Source: Azolla caroliniana (taxonomy: Eukaryota; Plantae; Polypodiophyta). Taken from it: a stretch of DNA of 64,000 bases. Numbering within the stretch: the stretch's first letter is position 1; each line of letters begins with the position of its first letter. A program made the translations under genes and the position numbers. Location: assembly GCA_043228905.1 (NCBI GenBank), contig JBHGNT010000020.1, positions 10,974,001 to 11,038,000 of the forward strand, given 5' to 3'. The notes under the pieces are model-generated. The model was not told where the DNA came from. It worked only from the letters and a program-made list of their open reading frames with translations, and made no database searches. This document shows positions 12,616-25,520 of the stretch, piece after piece.

Positions 12616-15600
12616 CACAAAACGACTCTTTCTATTCCATAAAGCAATAATACAACCCAACCTTACAAAAAGGTTACAAGGTCACTATATATAGTGACAG
12701 ACTTAGGGCATCTACCATTTATGCTAATTACACAAATGGCCCAAACTTGATCTATACAAAGGGATAGTGTGAATACGTCCATTATACACTTGTATTCGAC
12801 ACTCCCCCGTAATGGGCGTATACATGGGTTATCTAAGATTACAGGCATAAACCTAGGTTCTCGGACATATCAGTTTTGTTCGAGTCGGCAGGGTCCGAAG
12901 GCAGAAGACCGAACTGGTCGGGTCGGAAGAGTTGAAGCCGATCATTAAGGAACTGATGTCGGTTGTCGGAAACCATCCTGCGATGTGTCCGGCTCTAACC
13001 GGACTGGTTTGTCGTTACGCCCATCTGATGCCGAAGGGACCGAAAGCGGTCTGCCGAAAGACACTTGGTCATTCCATCTGCGACATTGTCGGTTGTGGAT
13101 ATTTTCTCTAGACCGATTTTCCTTGAAATGACGCAGTCCCAAACGAAGTGATATCGAACGTCGATATGTTTGGAGGTGTTGTGGTGAACCGGATTTTTCG
13201 ACAAGGCAACAGCACCTTGACTGTCGCTATAGACAACTGGGGCCGAGTCATGGTCGACTTGTCGAAACGTGTGCGCCAGCCGGCCGAGCCACAAAGCTTC
13301 TTTTGCAGCGTCGGACGCAGCTACATATTCTGCTTCGGTCGTTGAGGTCGTTGTGCACTCTTGAAGTTTCGACTTCCACGAAATTGCTCCATTGCCGAAT
13401 TTGAAGCAGTATCCAGTTGTTGATTTCCGACTGTCTATACAGCCGGCGAAGTCCGAGTCGGTGTAACCGACTACGCCTGTAGTTGAGTTCGGACCGAAAA
13501 GAATGCCGTGGTCTTTTGTGCCAGCCAGATATTTGAACACATGCTTGACTGCGTTCCAATGCGATCGGCCAGGATTGTGCATAAATCTGCTAACGACTCC
13601 TACGGCATGAGAAATATAGGGCCGTGTCGCGACCATCAGGCACATAAGGGAGCCGACTGCCGGTGCATACGGTACCGACTTCATATCTTCCCCCTCCGGA
13701 CCGGATGTCGGGCAGTCTCGCTGAGAGAGCCGAAGATTCATGGGGAGCGGGGTTGAAGCAGATTTGGCTGATTGCATGTTGAAGCGTTCCAAGACACGTC
13801 CGATATAGTCGGTCTGAGACAAAAAAAGATGTCGTTGATCGCGATGCCGACTAATCTTCATGCCAAGTATGTGTCGTGCCGGACCGAGGTCCTTCATGGC
13901 AAACTTCAACCGCAGTTGCCGAATGAGATCGGCAAGTTCGCCCGCGTGGCGTCCAGAAATTAGCATGTCGTCCACGTAAATGATGAGGAAGATGGGTGAT
14001 CCATCTTGAGCTGTGTTGGTAAAAAAACAATGGTCCTCATCGCTTTTTGAGAAGCCGATCGATTGGATGAAGTCGTCGAACTTCTTGTACCATTGTCGCG
14101 GTTCCTGTTTGAGGCCGTATAGACTCTTCCTGAGTCGGCAGACTAGATGTTCTTGGCCAGTTGCCACGAAGCCTTTTGGCTGCTCCATATAAATTTCCTC
14201 TTCAAGATCACCATGGAGGAATGCTGTTTTGACATCTAGCTGAATCAGCTCCAAGTTGTCGGCTGCCACTACGCCGAGTAGAAAACGAAGGGTTGTCATT
14301 TTCACCACTGGTGAAAAAATCTCGTCGAAGTCGACGCCATATTCTTGTCGGAAGCCCTTCGCAACTAATCTGGCCTTGTACTTTGGGGTGGTCGAATCAG
14401 ACGTCTCTTTTAGTCGATAAACCCACTTGCAAGGAAGAGCACGTCGGTTCCTAGGTAATTCGACCAGATCCCAAGTCTTGTTTGCCCGAATGGAGTGCAT
14501 TTCCGACTCCATCGCCAGATGCCAGGTGGCGGAATCGACAGATGTCGATGCTTCTTCGTAAGACGTCGGTTCGCCGGCGTCGGTGAAGAAAATTCCAGGA
14601 GAATACCTCTCCGGAGGTTGCGACAGTCTCTCGAATCGTCGAGGTATGATTGGACTGGTCGCATCGGGTATCGAGGTCGGATGGTCCGAAAGCTGCTATG
14701 CCGAGTCAGAGTTGTCCGAATCGGTAGTGTAAGGTTCAGCTACCCGTGAAGCTGACCGTGTGTTAAGAGCGGGGCCTTCTTGAAGGGTCGGCACATCGGA
14801 AAATGTTACCCTTCGGACTTCGATCGGTGTTTTGACTGATGGATTCATAGCCGACTTGTTGAACACAACGTCCGAACTTCGGACGATTTGTCTGCGTTCG
14901 GGGTCCCAGAGTCGGTATCCCATTTCGCCGTCGGATCCATATCCAAGGAAAATGCATTTCCTGGACCGAGGTGCAAGTTTTCGGCGATCATCTTTCGGAA
15001 TAAGGGCGTACACCTCGCATCCGAAGATCCTCAGCTTGTCGTAATTCGGCTTACTGCCGATCCATAGTTCCTGAGGAATTTGAAGTCCTAGAGGTCTGCT
15101 TGGCGACATATTGATTATGTGTACTGCCGTGAGTAGAGCCTCTGCCCAGAAGCCATCTGACAGTCCGGAGTGTTGGAGCATGGAAACTATCCGTTCTTGG
15201 ATTGTCCGATTCATGCGTTCGGCAATCCCGTTTTGCTCCGGACTGTGTGGTGCCGTAAATTCACGTCGGATGCCGCGTTGTCGGCAGAATTTGACGAATT
15301 CTTCTGATTTGAACTCTCCCCCATTGTCGGTCCGAAAGCATTTCAGTTTTCGGTCGGTTTGATTTTCTACCATAGCGAGCCAATCGGAGAAGATCGAGAA
15401 GACACGATCTTTGGTGCGAATTGGATAAGCCCACACCTTTCGAGTCGAATCGTCAATAAAACTGACGAAGTAAGAGGCACCGCCGAGAGACTGATGCGGC
15501 ATTGGGCCACAGACGTCCGAGTGGACCAAATCGAGAGGTCTCGTTTCTCTTGGTGCTGATGTCGGGTGTGATGCGGCTGCTTGTTTGCCATACTGGCAAT

Positions 15601-17805
15601 GCTCGCAGAATTGATGGTCGGAGAAGGAGAGTTTAGGGATGTATCCGGCTCTAGATAGATGCGTAATGCCGGCCTTGCTGAGGTGTCCTAATCTTCTGTG
15701 CCATAGTGATGACACAGGAATATCCACCAAAAACAGGTTACCCTCTCTGAGCGTAACATGTAACGGATACAGTGAGTGGATCTTGGGTCCTCTAGCAAGC
15801 AGGAGGTTCCCCCTGTGGAGTGTCCACCCTCCCGAAGAAAAACCGGCACGAATGCCGTCTTCATCTAGTTGTCCGACTGAGATCAATGGCCTTGAGAGCT
15901 CGGGTACATGTCGGACATTGTGAAGTACAAGTGTAGAGCCACCTGCAAGGTTGAGCTCTACTGTGCCGATTCCAATGATGTCACAGTGTTGCGAGTTACC
16001 GACTCGAACTGAGTCGGAGTGACGGATCGTATATTGCCGAAATTGGGATCGATGAGGAGTCACGTGAAATGACACGCCCGAATCTAAGAGCCATGTGCTC
16101 GATTCTTCAGTCGTGAGCAGAACTTCTGATCCGACTGGATTTTCGATTGATAGTATATTCGGGTCGTTTGGTAGCACATCAGCTGAGAAGCTGACGTAAT
16201 TGATCTCCTCATGCCGGCCACTCTTCTTGTCTGATCTCTGAGACTTGTCGTTCTTGTTCTTGAGTGCGCGGCAGTCGGCTTTGATGTGTCCGGGTTTCTT
16301 GCAATAGTTGCAGATTCGATTATCCCGTGACTGGCTCCGTCTTCGTTGATTGTTCGGCGGCCGTGAGGAATCTCTTCCTCGTATGTTCGATCGGTCTGTC
16401 GAACCTTGTACTACGTAAGCGTCGTCTGTTGAGTCTTTGGCGAAAGACTTTCTCCGAGCTGCTTCGGTCAGGATTGCGCTCGTGACTTCGGAGTATTTAA
16501 CAGCCGTGGTTGACGCGTTGCACACGGTTGTGACGAAAGTTTCCCATGATGAGGGAAGGCTGCTCATGAGTATCATTGCTCTGAGTTCATCCTCGATTGC
16601 CATCCCCTGTGACGAGATTTGGGAGCTTATGCTTTCGTACTCATTGAGATGTGCTTGAACCGAATCGGATTCTTTCATCCGCAAGTTGTAGAGGCGCCGG
16701 ATCAGAAACATCTTCGTTGCAGCGACCTTCTTTTCGTAGGTGTCCGACAGTGTTTTCCACAGTTCGAATGTTGTCGTACACGATTACACCGTAAAGTATA
16801 CCGATTCCGATAGGTGCATCCGAATCGTGGCGCGGACGATTCTGTCCAGCTTCTGCCACTCAATTGGTTTGTATCCTTCTGGAGGTTCTTCATTTTCGAT
16901 GGGATCGATTTGCCCCTTGACTATGAGATAGTCCTGCATTTGCTCCTTCCAGAAGTTGAAGTTCGATCCATCGAACTTTCGTAGACTCATTTCTGACGAG
17001 CCGGATGTTGATGCCATCAAATTTGGTTTCGGTTGACGAAGCTCGGTTCGGAGTTGACTACGAACCTTGTTGGAGTGCAGCCGGTTGGCTCACCCGATAT
17101 CGTTCTAGTCGGATTTGAACCCGAGTCGGTTCGGCTTCGGATATATGTATTGTTGAACTTGCTCGAATTGACTCTGGTAACTTGAGGGACAGAATCGACT
17201 GGTCTTCCCGAATGTTGCCGAGTCGGAGTGAGCCCGGTTCGCTTCCGAATATATATGCCAAATACCGATTATTGAATCCGATTGTCTGGACCGATTCTGC
17301 TTCGGGTGACTGCAGCGACGAGAGAGACGGATCCAACTGATCCTCTCGAATGTCGATCAGCCGGATGAAGCACGAATTGGGGTTGTTGTCTTGAGACCGA
17401 TCTGCACCGAGTGGTTACAATGAGCGGCGAGCAGCGTTTGATGACCTCTTCGGATGCCGTTTAACCGAGTGGAGCACGATCGTGTCAATGTTGCACAAGG
17501 GGATTTCACCTCGAGCGGTTACGATCACAAGAAACAGAGTACAACCGGCTGGCTTACTCCAAGCGAAGATGATCTAACGCGATGAGATGCAAGCCTCGTT
17601 TTTTTTCTTCTTCTTCTCTCTTCTTCGAATGACGCAGGAAACCGAATGCTGTGCAGGCTGAGACGACGTCCGACAGCGGATTGAAGGACCGAATACTGTG
17701 CAGGCTCTGATACCAGATGTTGGAGACAAGGTCGTCTATGCGGAAGATCAAGAAGCATTCGATTCTGTTCTGTACCTGCGTATGACAGTTTCTAGGTCGT
17801 TGCAC

Positions 17806-17839
<34 letters not shown>

Positions 17840-18026
17840 GCACAAAACGACTCTTTCTATTCCATAAAGCAATAATACAACCCAACCTTACAAAAAGGTT
17901 ACAAGGTCACTATATATAGTGACAGACTTAGGGCATCTACCATTTATGCTAATTACACAAATGGCCCAAACTTGATCTATACAAAGGGATAGTGTGAATA
18001 CGTCCATTATACACTTGTATTCGACA
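12487..18026 (-). mobile_element. young full-length Ty1/copia element C (Tnt1/Tork-like)
   Basis: LTRs 12487-12801 and 17718-18026 identical except (GA)n length; perfect TSD CCCAA; PBS 17704-17715; PPT from 12802. Confidence 0.97.
12995..17020 (-). pseudogene. copia C gag-pol polyprotein, one frame with two in-frame stops
   Basis: KFDGSNFNFW gag, CNYCKKPGHIKADC zinc knuckle, WLLDSG protease, integrase, YVDD RT, RNase H; three ORFs in the same frame, broken by TAA at 16784 and TAG at 14696. Confidence 0.93.
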
Positions 18027-21024
18027 CCCAAGGGTGTGAAGACGATCGGATGTCGGTGGGTATACAAAGTAAAATACAATACCAACGACTTTGTCAACTG
18101 GTACAAGGCTTGATTAGTGGATGAGGGCTACACAAAACATCGACTATGATGAGAAATTCATGCAGGTTGCAAAGATGACGATTGTCTAAGTGTTGCAGTA
18201 GCGGCAGCGAAGGGATGGCATCTACACCAAATGGATGCCAAAAACGCGTTCCTGCAAGGAGAGCTTGAGGAACAAGTGCATATGGTGCAGCCTCCCAGAT
18301 TTCAGTCCAGATTGAACACACAACCATCTGCCGACTAAAGAAGTCGTAGTACGGATTAAAGCAAGCCCTGTGTACCTGGATTGTGAATATCACACAACAG
18401 TTGCGTCGGATAGGGTTTGCTTTGTCAAAGCCTGACTCGTCACTATTCATCTGGCAGGGTCGGAATGGGTTGGTATGTATTTTGCTTTACGTTGATGATT
18501 TAGTCATCGCCGACACCGACCTTGAAGAAATCGGCCCCGTAAAGTCCCAACTTGCGGCATCATTTGAGATGACGGATCTAGGGGACCTTCATTACTTCCT
18601 CGAGATCAGAGTGATCTGCACCCCGAAAGGCATACTAATTAGCCAACATTATGTGTTGAGTATGCTCTTCAAGTTCAATATGACGATTTGCAAAATTGTC
18701 TCAACTCCTCTAGACAGAAATGTTAAGCTTTGTCAAGGATCCGGAACGGCGTGCGACACGACATGGTTCTAACAAATTGTCAGAAGCCTTATCTACTTGA
18801 TCATCACCCGACCAGACCTAAGCTATTTGATCGACTTGATTAGTCAATTCATGTCGCATTCGACTCTCGAACACCTTCAGTGCGCACACAGGATCATGAG
18901 ATATGTCATGGGCACTAAGGATAGGGCATTGGTATATCAGACCGGTGTAGCTAGACAGCTTGTCAGCTACACGGATGTCGACTGGATCGGAAATGCCGGC
19001 GATTGCAGGTCAACATCCAAATTCACATTTTCCTTGGGAAGCACTGCGATTGCTGGGAGCAGTAAATAGCAGTCGACAATGGCACTGTCGAGCACCGAGG
19101 TCAAATACCGAGGAGCGGTTGTCTCAATGTGTGAAGCCATCTAGCTCAAATGGCTACCGAGGGATTTGCAAGTGGAGGTGTCTGAGCCGACAATTATATA
19201 CTGTGACAACCTCGACAACATCCAACTCACTAAAAACCCTGTCTTCCACGCCCAGATGAAGCACATTGAGGCGCACTATCATTTCATCTACGAGCAAGTC
19301 CTCTACGGTGAAGTTGAACTTGTGCATGTTTCGATCAATCGACAAGTTGTTGATATTTTCACCAAACCTCTCGGCCTAGAAAAATCGCGGCAATTCTCGA
19401 CTTTGCTTGGACTACAACATCTCGATTTTCCAAACTTGAGGGAGAGAAACGAAAGCTGAAGCAAAGGCGAGGGAGAGAGAGATGTCCAAGAAGCCGATTC
19501 GGGTGAAGAATTCGATTTCGAAACGACTGAAGAAGTCGGAATGTCTGGAACGACTAAAGAAGTTGAGGACATGACGGACGTATGGAAAAATGGAAGAGGA
19601 TCGGCTAAGTGGAGACTAGCCAGCTATAGGGGGAGCAACTGAAAGAACGGGCTGAAGCCGGAGTCGACCAAACAAGTGGGAGGCAGAGCCAATAAGGGCA
19701 AAGCCGACAAAGTGAAGGTCAAGACTAGGACATGGGCAGATGCGGTCAAGGGTCAGAAAGAAGGCGAATCGGAGATAGTCGAAACAATCGAGAGGCATGG
19801 TTCTGACGAACCAAATTGCATAAAGGCCAAGCAGACAAGAGGGCAACCAAAGCCCTTGCCAATATGGAGGAGTCAACGGGTTGAGGAGCGCCAATGCCGC
19901 GACAACGATGGAGCTAATAAGTGCCCGAAGAGCAGACCAACCGACCATATGGGTTGATGTGTGCAGGACCGGATGGGTCAGGAAGCATTGGACCAGAGGA
20001 GTCATGGGACGCAGGACCGGATTGGATGAGGAGCACGAGCAAGGCGTGAAGATGCCAAGAGAAGCAGAAGACTAGAACCGATTGGAGCTGACACATCAGG
20101 ACCTCAAGTTGAGCTTGAGGGGGAGTGTTGAGTGACAAGCTCAAAATGGGCTGAATCAGCTAAAGAAACCGAGAGCCGGATCCAATGAAGACCGATCGGC
20201 TAGGCCCGAATTGGCTGAATAAGCCGAAAGCCGAATCAGCTGTTGGGTCGAATCGGCTGGCTGATTCTAATGGAATCCAACAGGTTGTTGGGGGGCCCAT
20301 ATTCCTATTTAGTAAATAGGAATATTATATAGGTTGTTAGTGTCAGATGCTCATTTAATGAGCATTCAAGTACTTGTCAATACTTGTCAACCCACTCGTT
20401 AGGGCTTGTATAAAAAGTGCTCTGTGAGCACGTTGTATGTAAGTTGAGTACGGAGAATATTTTCTTATAGAAGTTTTGTTGTCTACTATATCTCTGTCTC
20501 TCTCTCATCTCATCTCTATGTATACCTAATTGTTGTATCTCTGAATAATGATTGTGTATTCTATGTCCTTCTACGTAACTCTTCCACACTCTTTCTTTTT
20601 ACAATAAATATGTCTACTTTGTTCTATAACCATTGTATAACAAACAATTCTATGCAAAAATCTCAAAATGCAAGTTTTATAAGTATCAAGCATCTCATAA
20701 CCAAATGAGAAGTTAAAATTGATCTTTCTTGCATCAAGAAAGTCAACTTCTAACTCATTCTTTGGATATTTTAGAAGTTTGATCATTCCTTGTTTTTGTG
20801 TGGTTTTTGCGAAAATCTCTTCGCAATTACTCTGAATTGACAACGTCATTTATTGATATTTTGAAAGGTCATATGCATAAGTCTACAAAGCAGATATTAT
20901 AGAATGTTAACAACATTATAGCCTAGTTTGCACCTTTGTTAAAAATGGGATATTCCTTGTTAAATAATTTCTAAGAATTCATTAGTGAGTTCAAGGCATG
21001 TTTTGGTAATATTGATAATTTTAG

Positions 21025-21240
21025 AACAACAATTAACAAAACGACAAGGGGATCATCATGCCTCAACCTATGTAACTGATTTTTATCTCCTCACAAATGA
21101 TATTCCATGGGATGACCAAGCATTAATGGAGCAATTCCAGTTTGGGTTGCCCAATGATTTAAAGGATCTACTCGTTACTTTTACAAAGGAACCAAAATCA
21201 CTCACATACTCAATTACTTGAGTAGTACGATGTGATAACA
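21025..21240 (+). pseudogene. Ty3/gypsy gag remnant
   Basis: RQG..ASTYVTDF..DIPWDDQALMEQFQFGLPNDLKDLL resembles the retrotransposon gag QG..Y..F..W..F..GL pattern. Confidence 0.6.
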
Positions 21241-21288
21241 TGCTCTTTTAGCAACATTTGGAATGACAACAACAAATGACAAGGACAA

Positions 21289-21802
21289 TGTTGGTTGGAC
21301 AAAACGGCCAAAGTGTGAAAGGATCGTAGGGATGAGTGTGAGTCAAAACTAAGAACAAGTGGATCGAACAGGGAGTTGGAACGTAAGATAATGCATGTAT
21401 AATAATTAGAAAGAGTAGCGTCGGTTTACATTCCTTATGTAACCGACCATGCTCCCTATAAAAAGGGACATGGAGCCTTGTACAAAGTTTATCAGTTGTA
21501 TTGAGGCAATCGCTTACTAGAATATTTGTTTGCTATACTCTGTGTCTGTGTCATAAGAGTCTCTATTTTTTTACTGTGTTCCATAAGTAACCAATCGATT
21601 GTAGCCGGCGCGGTTCTTATATTCCGCAAATATTGCAACTCGATCAGGTATTGTTCTGCGTGAAGTTACTTTGTTACGTTTGTGTATGTCGTGCACCACG
21701 GTGCATGACCCGTTCATGTTTCCTGTCTCATGACCACAAGACCTTGAGTCGGATACCAAAGGAGTGAGTATTCGAACCCCCATGTTACTAAATGTGGTAA
21801 CA
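21289..21802 (+). mobile_element. probable solo LTR
   Basis: TGTT...AACA termini, internal TATAAAA at ~21457, flanks GACAA/AACAA (5-bp TSD with 1 mismatch). Confidence 0.65.
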
Positions 21803-21935
21803 AACAAGATGAGAGCCTACATATTCATCAATTGCAACAAAACCCTCCCCATGGGAATTTGTAAAGAATCGGGTGTGATTTTGTGCAACGGAAGGTGTGT
21901 GTATGTGTGTAAGAGAGAGAGAGAGAGCCCATATG

Positions 21936-22014
21936 AATGTAGCTCAGTTGGTAAGGTTGCCCAATGGAGACCAGATGGTCATGGGTTCAACCACTTACAT
22001 TCCACAGTGGCATT
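21936..22014 (+). mobile_element. tRNA-derived SINE-like repeat, copy 1
   Basis: A box TAGCTCAGTTGG, B box GGTTCAA; homologous copy at 33555-33631. Confidence 0.6.
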
Positions 22015-22289
22015 TGAACCCACAACGCAATGCGTGTAGTGTTAACAACATACCACTAGGGTAAGGTAATTACAATAATAATAAAAAGAAAAAGAAATAA
22101 AGATATATTAACGTTTTCTAAGGCCAAAATTGGCCATGAGACAATTGGTTTAGAACAAAATGGGTATTTATCCAGTCATCATAACTAAAATAAAATAAAG
22201 TAAAAATATAACTTACTCTAAAAGAGTTCTAGTAGTGTACAAAACGTGGTATACTCGATAAAGGAAGTGACTTTACATTAAGCCTAATT

Positions 22290-25200
22290 TTATTTCCACC
22301 CAAGCCTCTCGAAAAGAAGTGGGAGGTCAAAGGGTTTTGATGTGGGTGTGACCCGTGGTCCCAATGTAGAGAGTGCCCTACCCATGGCTTCTAGGCGATG
22401 TAGCTCACATTCCCTTATTTTCATTATTGCTTCTACACCACGTCGAGTTGCTTTGAAACCCGGCACTCGAGGACATCTGGTTCTTCTTTGGTTTTCTGCC
22501 TCATCAAGGGAAAGGCCGAGTGGTGCAGGTGTGTCGACATTCGTTGTCTCCCCCTGTTCTAGAAAAACTTCATTTATTATGTCATGTTGGTGAACATTAG
22601 CAACATTTTGTAACGTATTCTCTCTGCGTTGTTTTAGCTCTAGAATGTATTTGCCCAATTTCTTTATATCTAGAGTATCTAATAGTTTGGGGAGGGTGGG
22701 AGAGGAACCAAGTATGTCTTGGTATTTTGCCCTTATCTCAGCGTAGGTTGGACACTTGCATGTAAAGTGATACTCATCCTCTATCTCTATGTGGCATAAC
22801 CTACATTGGGGGTAACGTGAACTCAATCCTAATAATGGCATGTGGTACTGTCGATTTGCTTCGAAGTTGACGTGATAACATCATCACCAATGGTCTCTCT
22901 AATTGCGTCCACATGAAAGATGGTAATCCTGGAGCCCAAACCGTTGATGCATACATGAGGGAGGGGGTCACTAATGAGTCAAATAGCCACCCTTTAGTCC
23001 ATGGCTCTTGAAAGTATGCTTGGTGGCATTGTCTCTCAAGTAGTGAGAGGGATACAAGTCCTCTCATAAGTCTATCCTTCATTGTCTGTGTCATCGAAAA
23101 TTTACCAAAGCAGGCACTGAAAGTGACTCCGAGATAGACATATGATCCAACCACCTCAACTGGGCTATGGGAGATAGTTAGGTGACACTTAGCTCTAACT
23201 TGGGCCGATGTGTGGAAGATGAGGACTTTAGTTTTCCCTAGATTCACTACCAATCCTCGTTGTGCACAAAAGTCATCTAAGGCATTAAGGTGCCTTTATA
23301 GGTCATGTTCGGATTCAGAGAGCAAAACTATGTCATCTGCATAGAGCAAGATACAAACCTGCGTATCCCCAAGGACTACTATGTGGCCTCCCTTATGAGC
23401 AATAAAATCTGTGATCTCATCAATGTAGATCCCAAAAAGTGTCAGTGATAGGGGGCAACCTTGTTTTACATCAATAGTGGTAGTGAAACAATTAGATAGG
23501 CCACCTGGGCATCGGACACACCTAGACACCTGTTCATATAGTGCGTAGATGGCCCAGACCATATCATCTGGTATCCTAAAGCTTTTAAGCCTATCAAACA
23601 ACCGCTCTCTAGGGACTGTGTCAAAGGTTTTGCGGAAGTCCACAAAACATCTATATAATTTCTTCTTGCGAGTCTTAGTTTGGTCAATTAAGAATCTAAG
23701 TGGGAATATATGATCAATAGTGGAGAAGGCTCGTCTAAAGCCAGCCTGTTCAAGTGCACGAAGATTTAGGGTCTCCATATAATCCCTAAGCTCTGCTTCC
23801 ATTACTGCACCATATAATTTAGCAAGTGTATGACCTATCATAATGGTCCTATATGTATTTGGGTCCATGGGGTTCCCCCCTTTATGTATGGGGACCATTG
23901 TGTTCATAGTCCATTGTGGTGGAAAACCCTCCGCAAGGGCACAATTGAAGATTAGAGTTAGCAAGGGAGCTAGGCACTCTCTCGCATATATAATGTGTTC
24001 TGCTCGTAATCTTGTGTGGTCCATGGACTTCCTATGTTTTAATTTCTTTATGACCTTCGCGACCCTAGAGGTCGTGAAAAGTGTCCCCGTGGTAGGCCGG
24101 GGTGTGGAAGGCATTGGAATGGGTGGTTGGTTTGGGATTTGGTAAAGTCTCTCTGTATATATGTGTGCCAGGTTTCGGGATCTTCAATGGGTGTTTGAGG
24201 TCTTGGCTCTCGGAGTCTCTTCCATGCTGTGACGCAATCACTACTCATAAGCATATGGTAGAGTTCCCAATATTGGGATGCCTCCCACGCTCGTCTCTTA
24301 TGACATGTCATCTTGCGCATTTCTTTGCGAGCTTGTATTGAGTTAATGCTACCACTGAGTTGTGATATTGTAAGTTGTCTATGTAAGTCCCTACAATCCT
24401 CATCATACCATTTATTTTGTGGCATAGATTCTGATCTACCTTGATTTGAGTGTTTTGTGTATGGGAAATTGCTAACTGTAGCGGAGTGAAGGATGTGTGT
24501 GAGTTTCGTACTAAGGCTTTCTAAAGGTAGGGAGGGATCAAGGGAGGAGAGATGGGCCTGAACATGTCGAGAGTATATGTCAGAGAGCTCATGTGTGAAA
24601 TGTATTGTGGTGTGATGGCGTGGTTGACTAGAGTTGGTGACCTTACAGATATCACATTTTAGCTCAATGTATAAGAAACTATGGTTTGCGCCAATAGGGC
24701 ATGGGGCCACCTGGAAAGAGTTAATCATGTGGGTAGCTTTAGGGCGTCCTATTAGATAATCAATTGTGCTTTCCCCTCCTCCATGTGGGAAACATGTGAG
24801 CTCTTCCGAGCCTGGCCACTTGGCTAAACCATTATATATGACCATCCGGTGCCGACTGCCGAGTTCGAGCAAATGATGGCCAAAGCTTGTGGCGTCCGCA
24901 CCTTGATCCTTTGAACTACATGTGGTGCCTATGTCTAAAGGATCGACATTTACCATTTCTAGGTTTCTATTCATCTGAAATATTGTGCATTGTCGAGATT
25001 GGGTTCTCGCATTCAACTCTCCTACAAGGAATACTTCTCCTTGGGAAGAATATTGGATTATGTCATCCAATAGAGGTTCGTATGGGGAAGGCCCATGTGG
25101 CATTCCTTCATCGACTAATCTCGCCAAGCCAACAATATTATAGCGGGATCCTTTTGGGGGAAAGTAACAAATGGCGAAAAATATTGCCCGGTCCTTGCTT

Positions 25201-25520
25201 GTGGAGACTTTCACCCACATAAAACGAGCTTCTGGGTTTGTTCTCAGTATTTCTATCCTATTATGTAGCTCTCTTCGAAACAATATCACGACACCTCCAG
25301 ATCCCCTGGTAGTGTGTCGACGTGAGGTTTGTCTAAAAGTGGACTCCCAACGGAATCCTTCGACTCGTGGGAGTCCTCTATTTGGGCTCTGGTGTGTTTC
25401 TACCAAGAAAAGTATATCTGATAGCTTTAATATCTCCTCTAGGAAACCGGGGTGTGTCCAGAGTGCACTGTTACAATTCCATAAGGTCATCCTAAGTGTA
25501 TTTTCTGTCACGTGGGCCAC
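22290..25520 (-). pseudogene. LINE ORF2 (AP endonuclease, RT, C-terminal CCHC), degenerate
   Basis: TLWNC..LVETH..ESTIDYL endonuclease; QAGFR..FVDFRK.FD..KQGCPLS..LLYADD RT; CRLC..EDEYHF..C zinc knuckle; frameshifts and an apparent internal deletion near 22810. Confidence 0.9.

Larger units (their letters stand above)
12165..20575 (+). mobile_element. old 5'-truncated Ty1/copia element D, split by element C
   Basis: YGYNEYMAHHYAYM..ETGDLVDVP at 12310-12486 resumes as KGVKTIGC at ~18030; degenerate RT (YVDD) and RNase H to 19459; PPT to 20125; 3' LTR ~20126-20575. Confidence 0.85.

Noticed and set aside
19460-20100. extra ORF (env-like) downstream of copia D pol, and similarly in B
   Set aside because: only short broken GA-rich frames without recognisable features
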